Assembly (NCBI RefSeq): GCF_009914755.1
Contig: NC_060947.1
Source: the human T2T-CHM13v2.0 reference genome, Homo sapiens
Length of the DNA: 64,000 nt
Reading direction: 5' to 3' (one strand)
Position 1 is the first letter of the stretch; every line of letters begins with the position of its first letter. Positions 34,691-47,330 of the stretch are shown here, one piece after another. The notes beneath the pieces were generated by a model, which did no database searches, was not told the origin of the DNA, and worked only from the letters and a program-made list of their open reading frames with translations. Both the position numbers and the translations under genes were made by a program.

Positions 34691-37600
34691 GTGAGTAGTG
34701 GCACCGCACTCGCTCGGTTCTAGTGCGCCTTTCCGGCCTCCGTGGCCCCAGGAGGCGAGCGAATCGCTGCTTTCTCCTGCAGAAGCTTCTGACGCCTCTC
34801 CCACATCTGCTCGCGGCTCTCTATTCCCTTCGAGGTAGTTTTCCTTCTCATAGCCACCACTTTTTGGTCTCAACCCTGGCGTCCAGGAATGCGGGGTGGG
34901 TGCTTAAGGCCTGGCTTTGCTTCTTAGATGCCATAGATGCTGATAATTCTACGTACAGTCACGCAGCCTGGTTCCTGATTCGTGGACAGACTCTCCCAGT
35001 GCCGTGCTCGCCCCTTTCCCCTCGCTCTGGCTCTGGCTCTCGCTCTCTCAGGAGGCTCAGCCTGACCGCGGGCTTCTCAGGAGCCCATTCCCCGGGCTGC
35101 TGTCGCTCCATGCCTCAAGGTTTGAACACATAGCTGGAGTGGCCCCTTACTTTTCAGTGTTGTTGCTACTCGTGTGCTAAGACCTCCCGAAAGCCTTGTG
35201 CCTGGCTTCTGACTCCTGACATGTACGTTAGGAAGATAGTACTTATATTAAATAATAAAAATAATAAAACAAACACACACTCCATTTGACTTCTAAAGTG
35301 CTATCAAACTTGAGAAGTAGGCAGAATGGCTGATTCATAATAGGGGAAACTGGTTTTACAAACTACTTTTCATCCAGAATGGCATACTTCTTTTTTATTA
35401 TAAATACGATGATGAAACCTAAAATATCCCCAATAAAAGCGAGGATGGGTTGTGATATATCTGTTCTTCCTGAGGTAGCCTGCAGTTGAAGATAGTCGGT
35501 TCCAGAAAACATTGGCATGAGGCACCGGAAGTGATATTCTGGACAAGGTGATTAGATGAGGTTCTAAAGTTGTGAGGTGCTTTTTTGAAAATTAGCAACA
35601 TTATCTTTGATGAATGAGGTTGTTTTCTTAAAAGTAAGTGGTTGAAAAAACTTACAGTCCACAGATGACACCTATCAAAAGCATACTGAATTTAGATTAG
35701 TAATTTTGATTGTAAGATAGTTCTGTGAGCAGACAAAAGATGGGTTCTTTTCCCTCCCTATTGGTTTTTAAGCCATTTCAGGTTTCGTTTATCTGATAAG
35801 ACGTGGCGAGAGAGAAGCGTAATAATGGAAAAGCTAAATTTTCTTTTTTTTGTAAATGCTTTTGAGCTAAAGATTTTTAAAAAGGATATATAGATGCCAT
35901 TTATGATTAAATTTATTGGGTGAATCTGTCAAGACCGCAAACTTTGTTAGTTTGGGGTAAAATGCTTTGCTTTGGGAGCTTTCATGTTGTTTGAGGTTCT
36001 TTGGGGGTATAGTTTAAATTAAAGCACAATATAATTCTAGTACCACTGCAAAATAACCTCAGAGAGTATTGTTTGTTTTGTGCATTAGCAAGCTGACATG
36101 CTTCTAGTTGCTAGATTCCAAAGGTAATTTTTTTTTTGTTTTGGAAAAGCTTTTGATGAATTTAAGTCTGAATTATTTGAAATAATAGTGTATCATATGA
36201 ATACTTGCTCTTCACCTTCACATACTTAGAGAACCCTGCAGTAATTTGAATCCAATCTAGTATTCCATTGAAGTGAGTATGACTATGAAGATGCCGCATA
36301 CTCTTAAGAGCATTTACCTAGGGTGTCGTAATCACATTATAAAATAAAATTGATGGCTTATTTTGCAAATGCTATCAAAGCACTTGTTCAGTGAACTCTG
36401 GAATGAAGTTTTTTTTTTTTTTTAAAGTGACTTTCAACAAGTTTTTATTTTCTAGCTTCTAATGAATGCCTACTACTATACCAGGTATTGTGGAGAATAG
36501 AACAGAAACAGCAATTTACCAGTTGGGTAAATTGCTTACCCAATGGTAAATTACCGATGGGTAAATTGCTTAGCCATTGGAAAAAGGAAAATACATATAT
36601 GAGACACCATGGTCAACAATTGGAACAGAGTCATATTGAATAAGGACTGAAAGAGTTAAGAGTAAAGGGAGAATACTGTAGGCTGGATTTTTCTGAGAAA
36701 GCTTTGTAGAGAAAGTCATACTTGATTTGGCTCTTAATAGAAGTATAAGCTTTCTTAGAAGGTGGAAGAGTTCAGCATAGCATGAGCTAAGGCACTTGAT
36801 TTTCTAATCCTTTTGCATATTTTCTCCTAGGTAAACCTAAAGGAGAAGAGGACTGTCAGTGGCAATTAACTTCTTTGTAGTGGGCATAATTTTCTATGAT
36901 AAACTACATACTAAATTAACAAATTAAATATAATTTCACAGATATACATGCTATAGAAATCAGGCTTTAAAATAATCATCCTATTTCCTGAGGCAAGTGA
37001 GAATGTTTTCTAAGCAGATATAGGTAGAGTGTTAAGTTCACATGTTTTTGTAACCTGTACATTTTTTTTTACTGTCTATTAAGAGACAGTTATATTCTAA
37101 GTGTTTCATACAACACTGGTCTGATAGTACATTAGATTATTAATATGCTCCAAAGACTATTTCTTGATAAAATAAATTAGGGAAATTTTATAAGCAACAT
37201 TCATTTTGATTCATTAGTATATGATAACTTAGTTTTTAGTACTACATTTAGTACTGCTATTGCTACCATTTTCTGAAAACAAAGGGAGGGGTATGTCAGA
37301 GTCCCACAAATTCATATCTGTCAAAGTTCTAATATCATGTTATTAATGTATATATTAATAATTGACAACATCAATGTTTAAACTGCAATTACAAACCTCT
37401 GCAAAGCTTATTTTGGTACATTTCTAACAACCTTCCGCTATATTGAAAATTAGTCAGATGACTAATTGTCTCCTAGGTTTTAGTCAGCCATTGTAAGTTG
37501 ACATTTACACAGAAAAATAACGAGGTATGGAGTTATTCCATCCGTAGAGAGGTATGTCTCCTAACAGAAATTCACATATTAGAATTCCAAATATAAAGAA

Positions 37601-40146
37601 TTCACAGATTTACTCTGAGGAACAATATACTCAAACTTGAAATTTTTGAGGCTTTATACACCTTCTGTACCTTTTTTTTGGTATCTTTTGCTGCCAGCAG
37701 TAGTCTTCTTTGATTAAAGTTAACTTTAATTCACAGTAGCTAATAGTTTCTAGGCTCAACAAATATAATTGTTATTTTGAACATCCTCTGCTTAGCACAT
37801 TAGCTATTAAATAAACAAGTTATTAGAGAACAGAATGGCTTATCTGGACACAGTCAGCAAATAGCTATGATTATTGCTGGAAATTAACCAGTTAACAGAT
37901 AGCAAAATATATGGAGAAGGCATTGGAGTAAATCATTTTTGCTAAGTAACTATTGTACATTTCTGGTCTTATGACAGTATCAAAGGGATGATCTTTGGAA
38001 AGAGGAGGGAAACTGCCAAGAAAATTAAAATTACCTCGTATGTCAAATTGTAAGTACTGTGGCGATTTAAGGCAGGTACACATGTTAGTTAAATTGCTAA
38101 ACCTCAGTGGTGGCAGCATGTAAAATAGGGTAAAGAACTGTCAGTCTCTGTTAAGTAACATAGGGTCATTCTCAATATTTTTACCTAATGACTGAGTCTG
38201 GAGGTAGGACAGTATTACATTGAGTACCACTGATGCATCTATAAGTTATAATTTTCCTTAAATACGTAGTTTTAAAAGAATTACCATATGCTAAACTATG
38301 ATCTTTATTATATCATTGGACTAAAAATTTTCCCAGCTGAGCACAGATCTCTCAATTGTATGATGGAAGTTTATGAGATAAATGTCTTTTTCCCAGCAAT
38401 TCTTTTTAAGAGCAAGTTTTCCTGGAGCATAGCATTTTTTACTAAGTGAAAGATACCTATAGCCAATTCAATGTAGGAAAAAAAAAAGTGGAGACTACCA
38501 TTCCTTCTTAAAGTGTGGTATCCACAAAGAAAATAAATCAAACACCTTCATATATAAGTTGTAAACTAATATCCACAGGAGCTGTCTCATACACAGTTAT
38601 TCTCTCAGTATCATATCTTATGAATTGTTAATCCCTTTTAGACTCTTGGTATCGGAAAGTTCCCTTGTAGTCTGACTCATTCGTATTTTCCTATTGACAA
38701 GTGCACCACTGGGATTTGACAGGAAGATTAACTTTGTTACTGATAGTATTCTACTGTAATAAGTTTTTTGTAACAATTTTTAAAATGCAATAAATATTAA
38801 CTGAAACCTGAAATTGAATTTTGACATGATTAATAATGTGAAAATGGATATATTTCTAAAATACTATTCACTTAAAGCCATTGTACAGTATTATTATCAC
38901 TATAACCTTTCACAGCCTTGAATTACATAGCTCCTCATTATGCTCACTTTCTGTACCTCACTTCTACTTTTCCTAACTACTGTGTATATTGATTTGTTCT
39001 CACTGTCACTCTTCAGCTGCTTCTTTGGCCTTTAAATTAGTTTCACAAAAGATATCTATCTTTTTATAAAGTTATTTAGGAAAGATTTTCTGTGATTGTC
39101 TAAAAAGCCAAACCCATATTGGATAAACTGCATTTAAAACTGGGTGATTTGACTGGAAGTGGTATTCAGAGGAAGAATTGTCCAGGTTCTTTTAAAATAC
39201 TGTGACTAAATCAGGCAATTTTTGAGTCACTAGGTTTTTATTTCAAAAATAATTTATTTTCTTTACCCTAGGAGGTAAAAGGTCAGAAGGGGTTGGGTCC
39301 TTCTGGAATAAAAGTAGGGATCCTTTCATTTGGATTGTTTCAGATTTCCTCATTGCGTGTTTACCATCTAAACTTTATGTAGTTATACTTATGAACTTTT
39401 TCATTTTAGAATAAAGAGGAATAACTTCTCTGTTCTTCCAGGCTGTCTTATTACTACTGCTTTGTATTTATGTAGCATCTTTCATCAGATGAATTCAAAT
39501 AGTTATTTTTTATATTATGTGACATTTCTTACCATCTTTTTGGAATTAATTTTTCTTTCAAATTGAATACTAGTTGACATATGGGGGTGTGACATAAGTA
39601 ATAAGTTTCATTCCACAGGTCATATATAAGCCAGTCTCATTACTTTTAAGTTGCTCCTTGCCCTTTTCAGGGCTGGGTATATATTATATACTAATATATG
39701 TAATGATTCTTGCTGAGTTTAATCTTTAAATGTGCACATAGATCCTTATATTCTGTTTCTCTTCCTGCATACTTTTAGGACTATCATTAACTGTTTTTTT
39801 TTTTTTTGCTTATTATCAATAGATTTAATCTTGGATTACATAGTTGTTGCTGCCAAATTTGTTCAGATACCTGTGAGTCTGTAGAAACAAGGAAAAAAAA
39901 TAGGGGTATGAGAAAAATGAGTCTTAGATTTTATATGTTTCAAATTTTTCTTAATTTGCAGTAATTTAGGGAGAAGAAGTCTAAAATGAGTGAAGTTTTG
40001 AATTTTAGATTTTTTTTATGAACTGCAGTTTTTACGGTTTTCTTGTACATGTATTAATCAGGATTAGGACAAGATCCCTTAGGGATCTTGATTTAATAAA
40101 TATATGAGAATGATTTATCATTAGTGAGTCAATGGATTATATGTAA

Positions 40147-40498
<352 letters not shown>

Positions 40499-42107
40499 AC
40501 ATTTGTTCTTTTCAGTAGTTTTAATATCCTTTCTACTATCTTGTTTTTAAATTTGTTCAGCAAACTCTTTATTCAAAAATAACCCTAAAGTCACTTTAAT
40601 TTCAGCTTCTTTCTGAATTATTACAAATTCTGAATCAGTGGGGTCCAAATTACAGTACAACAAAATTTCATTAATTCAGGCCCCACTAACCAAGGACTTG
40701 TTATAGGCTAGATATATATAGTAGTCGTGCTAAAAATGAATTACACTCTACAGGAGAAGCAGCCAGAGTCCTACCAGAGGTTAGGCAGCATTGGAGCTTT
40801 TTTACTGGGTATCTGCATATGATACTGAATTAAAATAAGTTATAAGAAGGGAGGAACATCTAGGTTTTGTGTATTTAAAAAATCTTCTAAGTGCTCTATT
40901 ACTAATCAGAGCCATTAACTGTATTGGGCTGTTTACAAGAAAAAGGATTTGAACGTCACTTAGTGTAAGCAAAATTGAGGTAGGTTATGGTAAACTGCTT
41001 TCAGATGTTTTAAAAACTGTAGTAGCAATGTTATCTGCATGTAAATTCTGTGCACTTACAAACTCTTCCTATCAATTAATCAGAGTAAGAAAGTAAAGTG
41101 TGCATTAAAAGTTACACTTAGTAGTCTTTGTATGTTGATGGTGTTGCTGCAGCTCTAAAAGTAGTAAAACTTCAGGACCTTCTTCTTCCCCAGTTCTGAA
41201 ATAATAATCATATAATGAGTGCATGCATATTGGTACTGATTTGTTCTATTTTTGTTACGATGCAAGAAGCACTAAAATCCAGCATTTCTGATGTTCTGAG
41301 ATGAAATTCTTCTGACAATAAACTGGAACTTCCAGTCTGGCTAACTTATTAAAGTTACAAGGTTAACTTGTTAAAGACTTGAACTAGGGTGAAGCTGTCC
41401 ATAGAGCACAACTACACCTAATACTAGAGTTGCTAGAGGCATGTTATTTACTACTTACACTCTTTTAAGAAGGGAAAAAAAGCTAGTTCTTTGCTTCATG
41501 CCTATCACAGTAATGATAATTTGCCTCTATTGTGTAACTCATTGCTCTTTACTTACAGATTTTAGATCTTAAGAGTAAGGGAAGGAATAGTACACAGGTT
41601 ATTGGATTGACTAGAATAAAAACTTAGCTGTTTGGAAAACTAATTATAATTTTCTCCGTCTCCCACTCCCTTTTCCATTCCTATGACATGTGTGAAAAAA
41701 CTTGGCACTTTGTGTATTTATGGATGAGAGGAAGAGAGACTGAGTATTCATGTAACAGTTTTCTCACAGCTGAACACTGAATGCAGAATAGGAATTAGTG
41801 AAATCTATTTGATTCTTAGTAATCTGTGCTAACAGGGGAGTATAAGCTTAGAAAAAAATAAAAACTTTTGATTTTGAAAGATAATTTTATATTTACATTT
41901 GAATACAAATGTTTCTAATCTAGATAGCCCTGAAACTCAGTTAACTAAAGGCTATGGAATACAATAACTTGGCTCCTGAATTTTCTAATTACTAAGGATT
42001 AATTTAAGTATGTAATGAAACTGAAGCAGAAATGCTTTGTGTAAGATGTCCAAAATTTTAGGTTGTACTTTACACATAATTTGTTTGTGAACCACTGACC
42101 CAGTTGT

Positions 42108-42662
42108 GTGTGTCTTGATTAAGGATTTTTGGTTGTACATAATAAAGGTGTACTTCAAACTAGCTTAAAGAAAAAAAGAGTTTATTTTAAGTATAAGAGG
42201 AAAAAGAAAGTGCAGAAAGTGTAGTCTAGGTGCATGAGAGACTTCAACTAGGTTGACCAGCTGTCCATAGCTAAGGGAATTTTCCTCCCTCTTTCTCTTC
42301 TCCTTCAACACCCCTGGGGCTATAGGGTCTTCTGTTTATCTTTGTTTCTTTCAGTGTATCTACTTCATTATTCTCACTTAATCAGCACACAGCCAAACCT
42401 GGTTTATTCAAGAGATCCCAAGTTTACATATTCTAAATTCAGGCAATCAGAAGAGACTCAATATCTACGAATTCCAATTCTCAATTCTGATTGACATAGG
42501 TTGGGCTATATGTCCAGCCAGGATCTGATTATCCATGGCTAGAGGGGCAAGATCATGTCATATAAATATGGTTATTAGGCCCCAACCCTAAGTGAAGGGA
42601 CATACAATTCCCAGAGAAGGGAAGATTGTGGGCTAAACAGAATCTCAAGTAGTGTCTACCAC
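42108..42662. mobile_element. Old MaLR LTR (MLT1J/K-like)
   Basis: ggatttttggttg..caaactagcttaaa..gagtttatt start and tgtctaccac end; degenerate. Confidence 0.5.
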
Positions 42663-43346
42663 GAAGTATAAACTGTGGTGCATGGAATAAACTATATGAA
42701 GACACATGTATGTTTCTTAAAAAAAAGCAAAGTAGAGCACATTTGCCATATGTTTATCTTCATTCATAGAACAATAATGAACATTAGAGATCATATTATC
42801 TACCCTCCTCATTTTAAGGAGAAGCAAATTGAGACCCAGAGATAATTTATAAAAATATGAAAACATCTAAGGTTTTTATATATAAATTTCTATATATAAT
42901 TATATAAGTTAATACAAAATATTAATAGAAAAGCTGTGACTATAATCTGAACCTTGTGGTTTCTAGTTTTTCCTAGATACTAGCATCCCATTAACCAGAG
43001 TATCTGATAAAATGTTAACACACTTTAAAAGAAGTCTCATAAAATATGCAGCAATGTTTGATAGATATTTTTGTCTAAGCAAGTAAATAAAGAGGTAAAG
43101 CAAAACAATTTCCCCATGTCAATACAGTGAAACCGAAATAATATCAGAAGCCCATAGGTAATATCTGATTTTTTCAAAAATAAAATCTTAAAAGACATAA
43201 GAAAAGAAAATATTTGAAGAACAAATAATTAATTTGATTATATAATATAAAGTTGCTACACTTAAAGAAGCAATGATATAAATATGATATCTTGGCTACC
43301 AGGAAACCTAGATTGTAATCAAATCAGTTTTTTCCTTTTGATCTAT

Positions 43347-44125
43347 ACATTCATTCAACATTTATTGAGCGTTGCTACATGCACAGCCCTGTTTTAGGCA
43401 CTAGGGATACAGTGGTAAACAGAACAAAGACCCTACACTCATGAAGTTTGCAATCTAGAGGATGTTACAGACAGTGAATAAGCAAATAATACGTAATATA
43501 TACCATCAGATAATGATAAGAGCTATAAGGCTGATAAAACAAGATAAGGGAATAAGGAGCAATAGATGATGCTATTCTAGATACAGTGGTCAAGAAAGGG
43601 TATCTGATGGGGTGACATTAAGCAAAGACCTGAATGAAGCAAGGGCGTAGGACATGTGAATATCTGGAGGAAGAACATTTCAGGCAGAAAGAATAGAATA
43701 TGCAATGGCCCTGAGGTGGGAGCCTGCTTGGTATGTTCAATGAATATCAAGGAGGTTAATGTATCCAGAATGTAGAGAGTGAGTGAGACAGTGGGAGAAA
43801 ATAAGGCCAGAGATGTATTCAGAGGCCAAAACATATAGACTTTTGTAGGACAAAATAGGAATTTGGGATTTTATTCTATATGATGGGAAGGCATTGAAAA
43901 ATTGAGAGAGGGTGATTTGATTTGATTTATATGTAAAGAGAGAATATTGACTTGATTTGATTTATATGTAAAGAGAATATTCTGGCTTCCACATGGAAAG
44001 AGCAAGAGAATAAGCAGGGAGACCAATTAAAGAGGATGTTACAGTAACCCAGGCGAGAGAAAATGGTTGGATTAGGGTAGTAGTACTGGGGAAAGTGAAA
44101 ATTAGTCAGATTATGAAGATATAGA
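43347..44125 (-). mobile_element. L2a fragment
   Basis: cattcattcaacatttattgagc; aagacctgaatgaag..tctggaggaagaacatttcaggcaga motifs. Confidence 0.82.
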
Positions 44126-44151
44126 CACACACACACAGAAATACATATGTA

Positions 44152-46672
44152 CAGTCACACCTCAGATATTGCAGGTTCAGTTTCAGATGACCACAATAAA
44201 GTGAGTATCACAATAAAGCAAGTCATACACATTTTCAGTTTCCTAGTACATATAAAAGTTATATTTATGGCCAGGAGTGGTGGCTCACACCTGTAATTCC
44301 AGCACTTTGGGAGGCTGAGGTGGGAGGATTGCTTGAGCTCAGGAGTTTGATACCAGGGTGGGCAACATAGCAAGACCTCATCCCTACTTAAAAAAAAAAA
44401 AAAGTTATGTTTATACTATACATCAGTCTCTGAAGTGTACAATAGCACTATGTCTAAAAAATCTTAATTCTTTTAATTAAGAAATACTTTATTACTAAAT
44501 AAAATGCCAAGAATCACTTGAGCTGTCGGTGAGTTGTAATCCTTTTGCTGGTGGAGGATTTTTCCTTGATGTAGATAGCTGCTGACTGATCAGGGTGGTG
44601 GTTCTTGAAGGTGGGAGTGGCTACATCATTTTCTTAAAATAAGACAAAAAAGGAAGTTTGTTGCATCAATAGACTTTTTCTTTCACAAGAGGTTTATCTG
44701 TAGCATGTGATGCTGCTTGACAACATTTTACCCACTGTAGAACTTCTTTCAAAATTAGAGTCGGTCCTATCAAATCCTGCTGCTACTTTATCAAAAACGT
44801 TTATGTAATATTCTTAATTCTTTGTAGTTGCTTCCATAGTGTTCCTAGCATTTTCTCCAGCAGTAGATTCCATCTCAAGGAACCACTTTTTTTGCTCATT
44901 CATAAGAAGCAACTCCTCATCCATTATTGTTTTAGCATGAGATTGAAGCAATTCAATTACACCTTCTGTCTCCCCTTCTGATTCTAATTCTTCTGCTATT
45001 TCTACCAAATCTAGTTACTTATTCTGGTGTAGTCTTGGACCTGTCAAAATAATCCATGGGGATTGGATCCACTTCTTTCAAATTCCTGTTAATGTTGACA
45101 TTTTGAACTCCTTCCATGAAGCAAAATGTTCTTAATGGCATTTAGAATGATGTATTGTTTCCAGATTTTCAAGATCCAGCAGAGGAATCATTGTCTCTGG
45201 CAGCCGTAGATTCATGAAATGTATTTCTTAAATAGTAAAACTTGAAAATCCAAATTACTCCTTGATTCATGGACCGCAGAAGGGATGTTATGTTATCAAG
45301 CGTGAAAACAACATTAATCTCTTTGTACACATCCATCAGAGCTCTTGGGTGACTAGGTGTATTTTCAATGAGCAGTAATATGTTAAGAGGAATATTTTCT
45401 TGGGAGCAGTAGGTCTCAACAGTGGGCTTAAAATATTCAGTAAACCATGCTATAAACAGATGTGCTGTCCTCCAGGCTTTATTGTTCCATTTATAAAGCA
45501 CAGACAGAGTAGATTTAACATAATTATTATGGGCCCTAGGATTTTTGGAATGGCAAATGAGCATTAGCTTCAATTTAAAATCACCATCTACATTAGCCCA
45601 TAACAGGAGATTCAGCCTGTCCTTTGAAGCTTTGAAGCCAGACATTGACTTCTCTCTAACTGTGAAAGTCCTAGATGGCATCTTCTTCCGATAGAAGGCT
45701 GTTTTATCTACATTGTAAGTCTGTTGTTTAATGTAGCTACTTTCATCCATTATCTTAATTAGATCTTCTGGATAACTTGCTGCAGCTTCTTCAGCACCAC
45801 TTGATGCCTCACCTTGCACTTTTATATTATGGTTGCAGCTTCTTGCCTCAAACCTCATGAATCAATTTCTGCTAGCTTCCAACTTTTTTTCTGCAGCTTC
45901 TTCACCTCCCTCAGCCTTCATAGAATTAAAAAGAGTTAGGGCCTTCCTCTGTATTAAGCTTTGGTTCAAGGAAATGTGGATGGTTTGGTTTTTCATCTGG
46001 ACCGCTAAAACTGTCTTAACAGCCATAGGCTGTTTTGCTGTTTTATTATTCATGTGTCCAGTGAGCAGCATTTTAATTTCCTTTAAGAACTTTTCCTTTA
46101 CATTCACAGTCTGGCTAGCTGTTTGGCACAAGAGACCTAGTTTTTGGCCTATCTTGGCTTTTGATATGCCTTCTTCACTAAGCATAATGATTTCTGGCCT
46201 TTGATTTAAAGTGAGGGATGTGCTACTCTTCCTTTCACTTGAACACTTAAAAGGCCATTGTAGGGTTATTAATTATCATGATTTCAATATTGTTATGTCT
46301 CACAGGATAGGGATGCCCGAGGGGAGGGAGAGAGATGTGGGAATGGCCAGTTTAGCAATCAGAACATGTACATATTTATTGATTATGTTTGCCATCTTCT
46401 ATGGGGACTTGTTTGTGGTGCCCCCAAACAATTACAATAGTAACATCAGAGATCACTGATCACAGATCACCATAACAGATATAATTATAATGAAAAAGTT
46501 TGAAATATTATGAGAGTTAACAAAATGTAAGAGAGACATGAAGTGAGCACATGCTTTTGTAAAAATTGTGCCAATAGATTTGCTCAATGCAGGGTTGCCA
46601 CAAAACTTCAGTTTGGAAACAAAAAACAAAAAACACAGTATCTGCAAATCGTGATAAAATGAGGTACCCCTG
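44152..46672 (-). mobile_element. Near full-length Tigger1 DNA transposon with decayed pogo-type transposase
   Basis: Both degenerate TIRs (cagtcacacctc... / ...gaggtacccctg), TA at left; transposase remnants in ORFs 45862-46185 (HTH/CENP-B-like), 45169-45858 (DDE region, YKWNNKAW) and 44814-45008. Confidence 0.93.
44269..44399 (+). mobile_element. Alu left monomer (FLAM/AluJ-like) inside Tigger1
   Basis: Single monomer with A-tail; TSD aaaagttat(a/g)tttat. Confidence 0.88.
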
Positions 46673-46679
46673 CATATTA

Positions 46680-47330
46680 TTTTTGAAATGAAGATTCATA
46701 GAAAGTTGCAATAAATGTACAGGGAGATCCTGTTCATAGCTCACCTAGCCCACTTCATTATGTTGCATAACTACAGTATGATACAGAAACCAGGAAACTA
46801 ATGTTTATCTAATTCAGTTTTCCTTACTTTTGTAAGCACTCTGTGTATGTGTGTGTGTGTGTATAGCTCTACTCATTTTCTCACATGTATAGTTTCTAAC
46901 AATTGTCACCACTCCAAAGGCTCTTTCAGGCTAACACTTTATAAAGACACACTCACCTCCTTTTCCTTCTCAAACATCTGATCTCTAATTTGTTCTGTCT
47001 TTCTCTGTAATTCTGCTATTTCATGAATATTATATAATGTCCCTCTTTCTTCCTAGTAATTTTCTTTGCTCTGAAGTCTCCTTTATCTGATATTAGTATA
47101 TGTACTGGTATTTTCAAAAAATTCATATTTCAATGATATATATTTTTCCATCCATTTTCTTTCAGCCTACCCATGTAGGTGTATTTGAAGTGAATTTCTT
47201 GTAGACTGCATATAGTTGGGCTAAGTTTTTTTTTTAAAAGAAAAACTACTCTGCCAGTCTCTATCTTTTAATTGGTATATTTAGACTAGTTTATATTAAA
47301 ATAATTATTCATATGTTGGGGCTAAGTCTT
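46680..47330 (-). mobile_element. Ancient L1M fragments
   Basis: Degenerate L1MC/ME-like 3'UTR followed by ctctgaagtctcctttatctgatattag (reverse endonuclease region). Confidence 0.55.

Larger units (their letters stand above)
33940..35110. promoter_or_regulatory. CpG island promoter
   Basis: Abrupt GC- and CpG-rich non-repetitive segment in an otherwise CpG-depleted, AT-rich window. Confidence 0.93.

Noticed and set aside
33945-35133. Overlapping ORFs on both strands of the CpG island as protein-coding exons
   Set aside because: Expected from GC richness; no recognisable protein, and no ATG frame stays open through the donor. No gene symbol assigned.
36800-36836. Possible recursive splice site (ctaat...ttttctcctAG|GTaaac)
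   Set aside because: The acceptor looks good but GTAAAC is a weak donor, and such matches are frequent in T-rich introns; needs RNA data.
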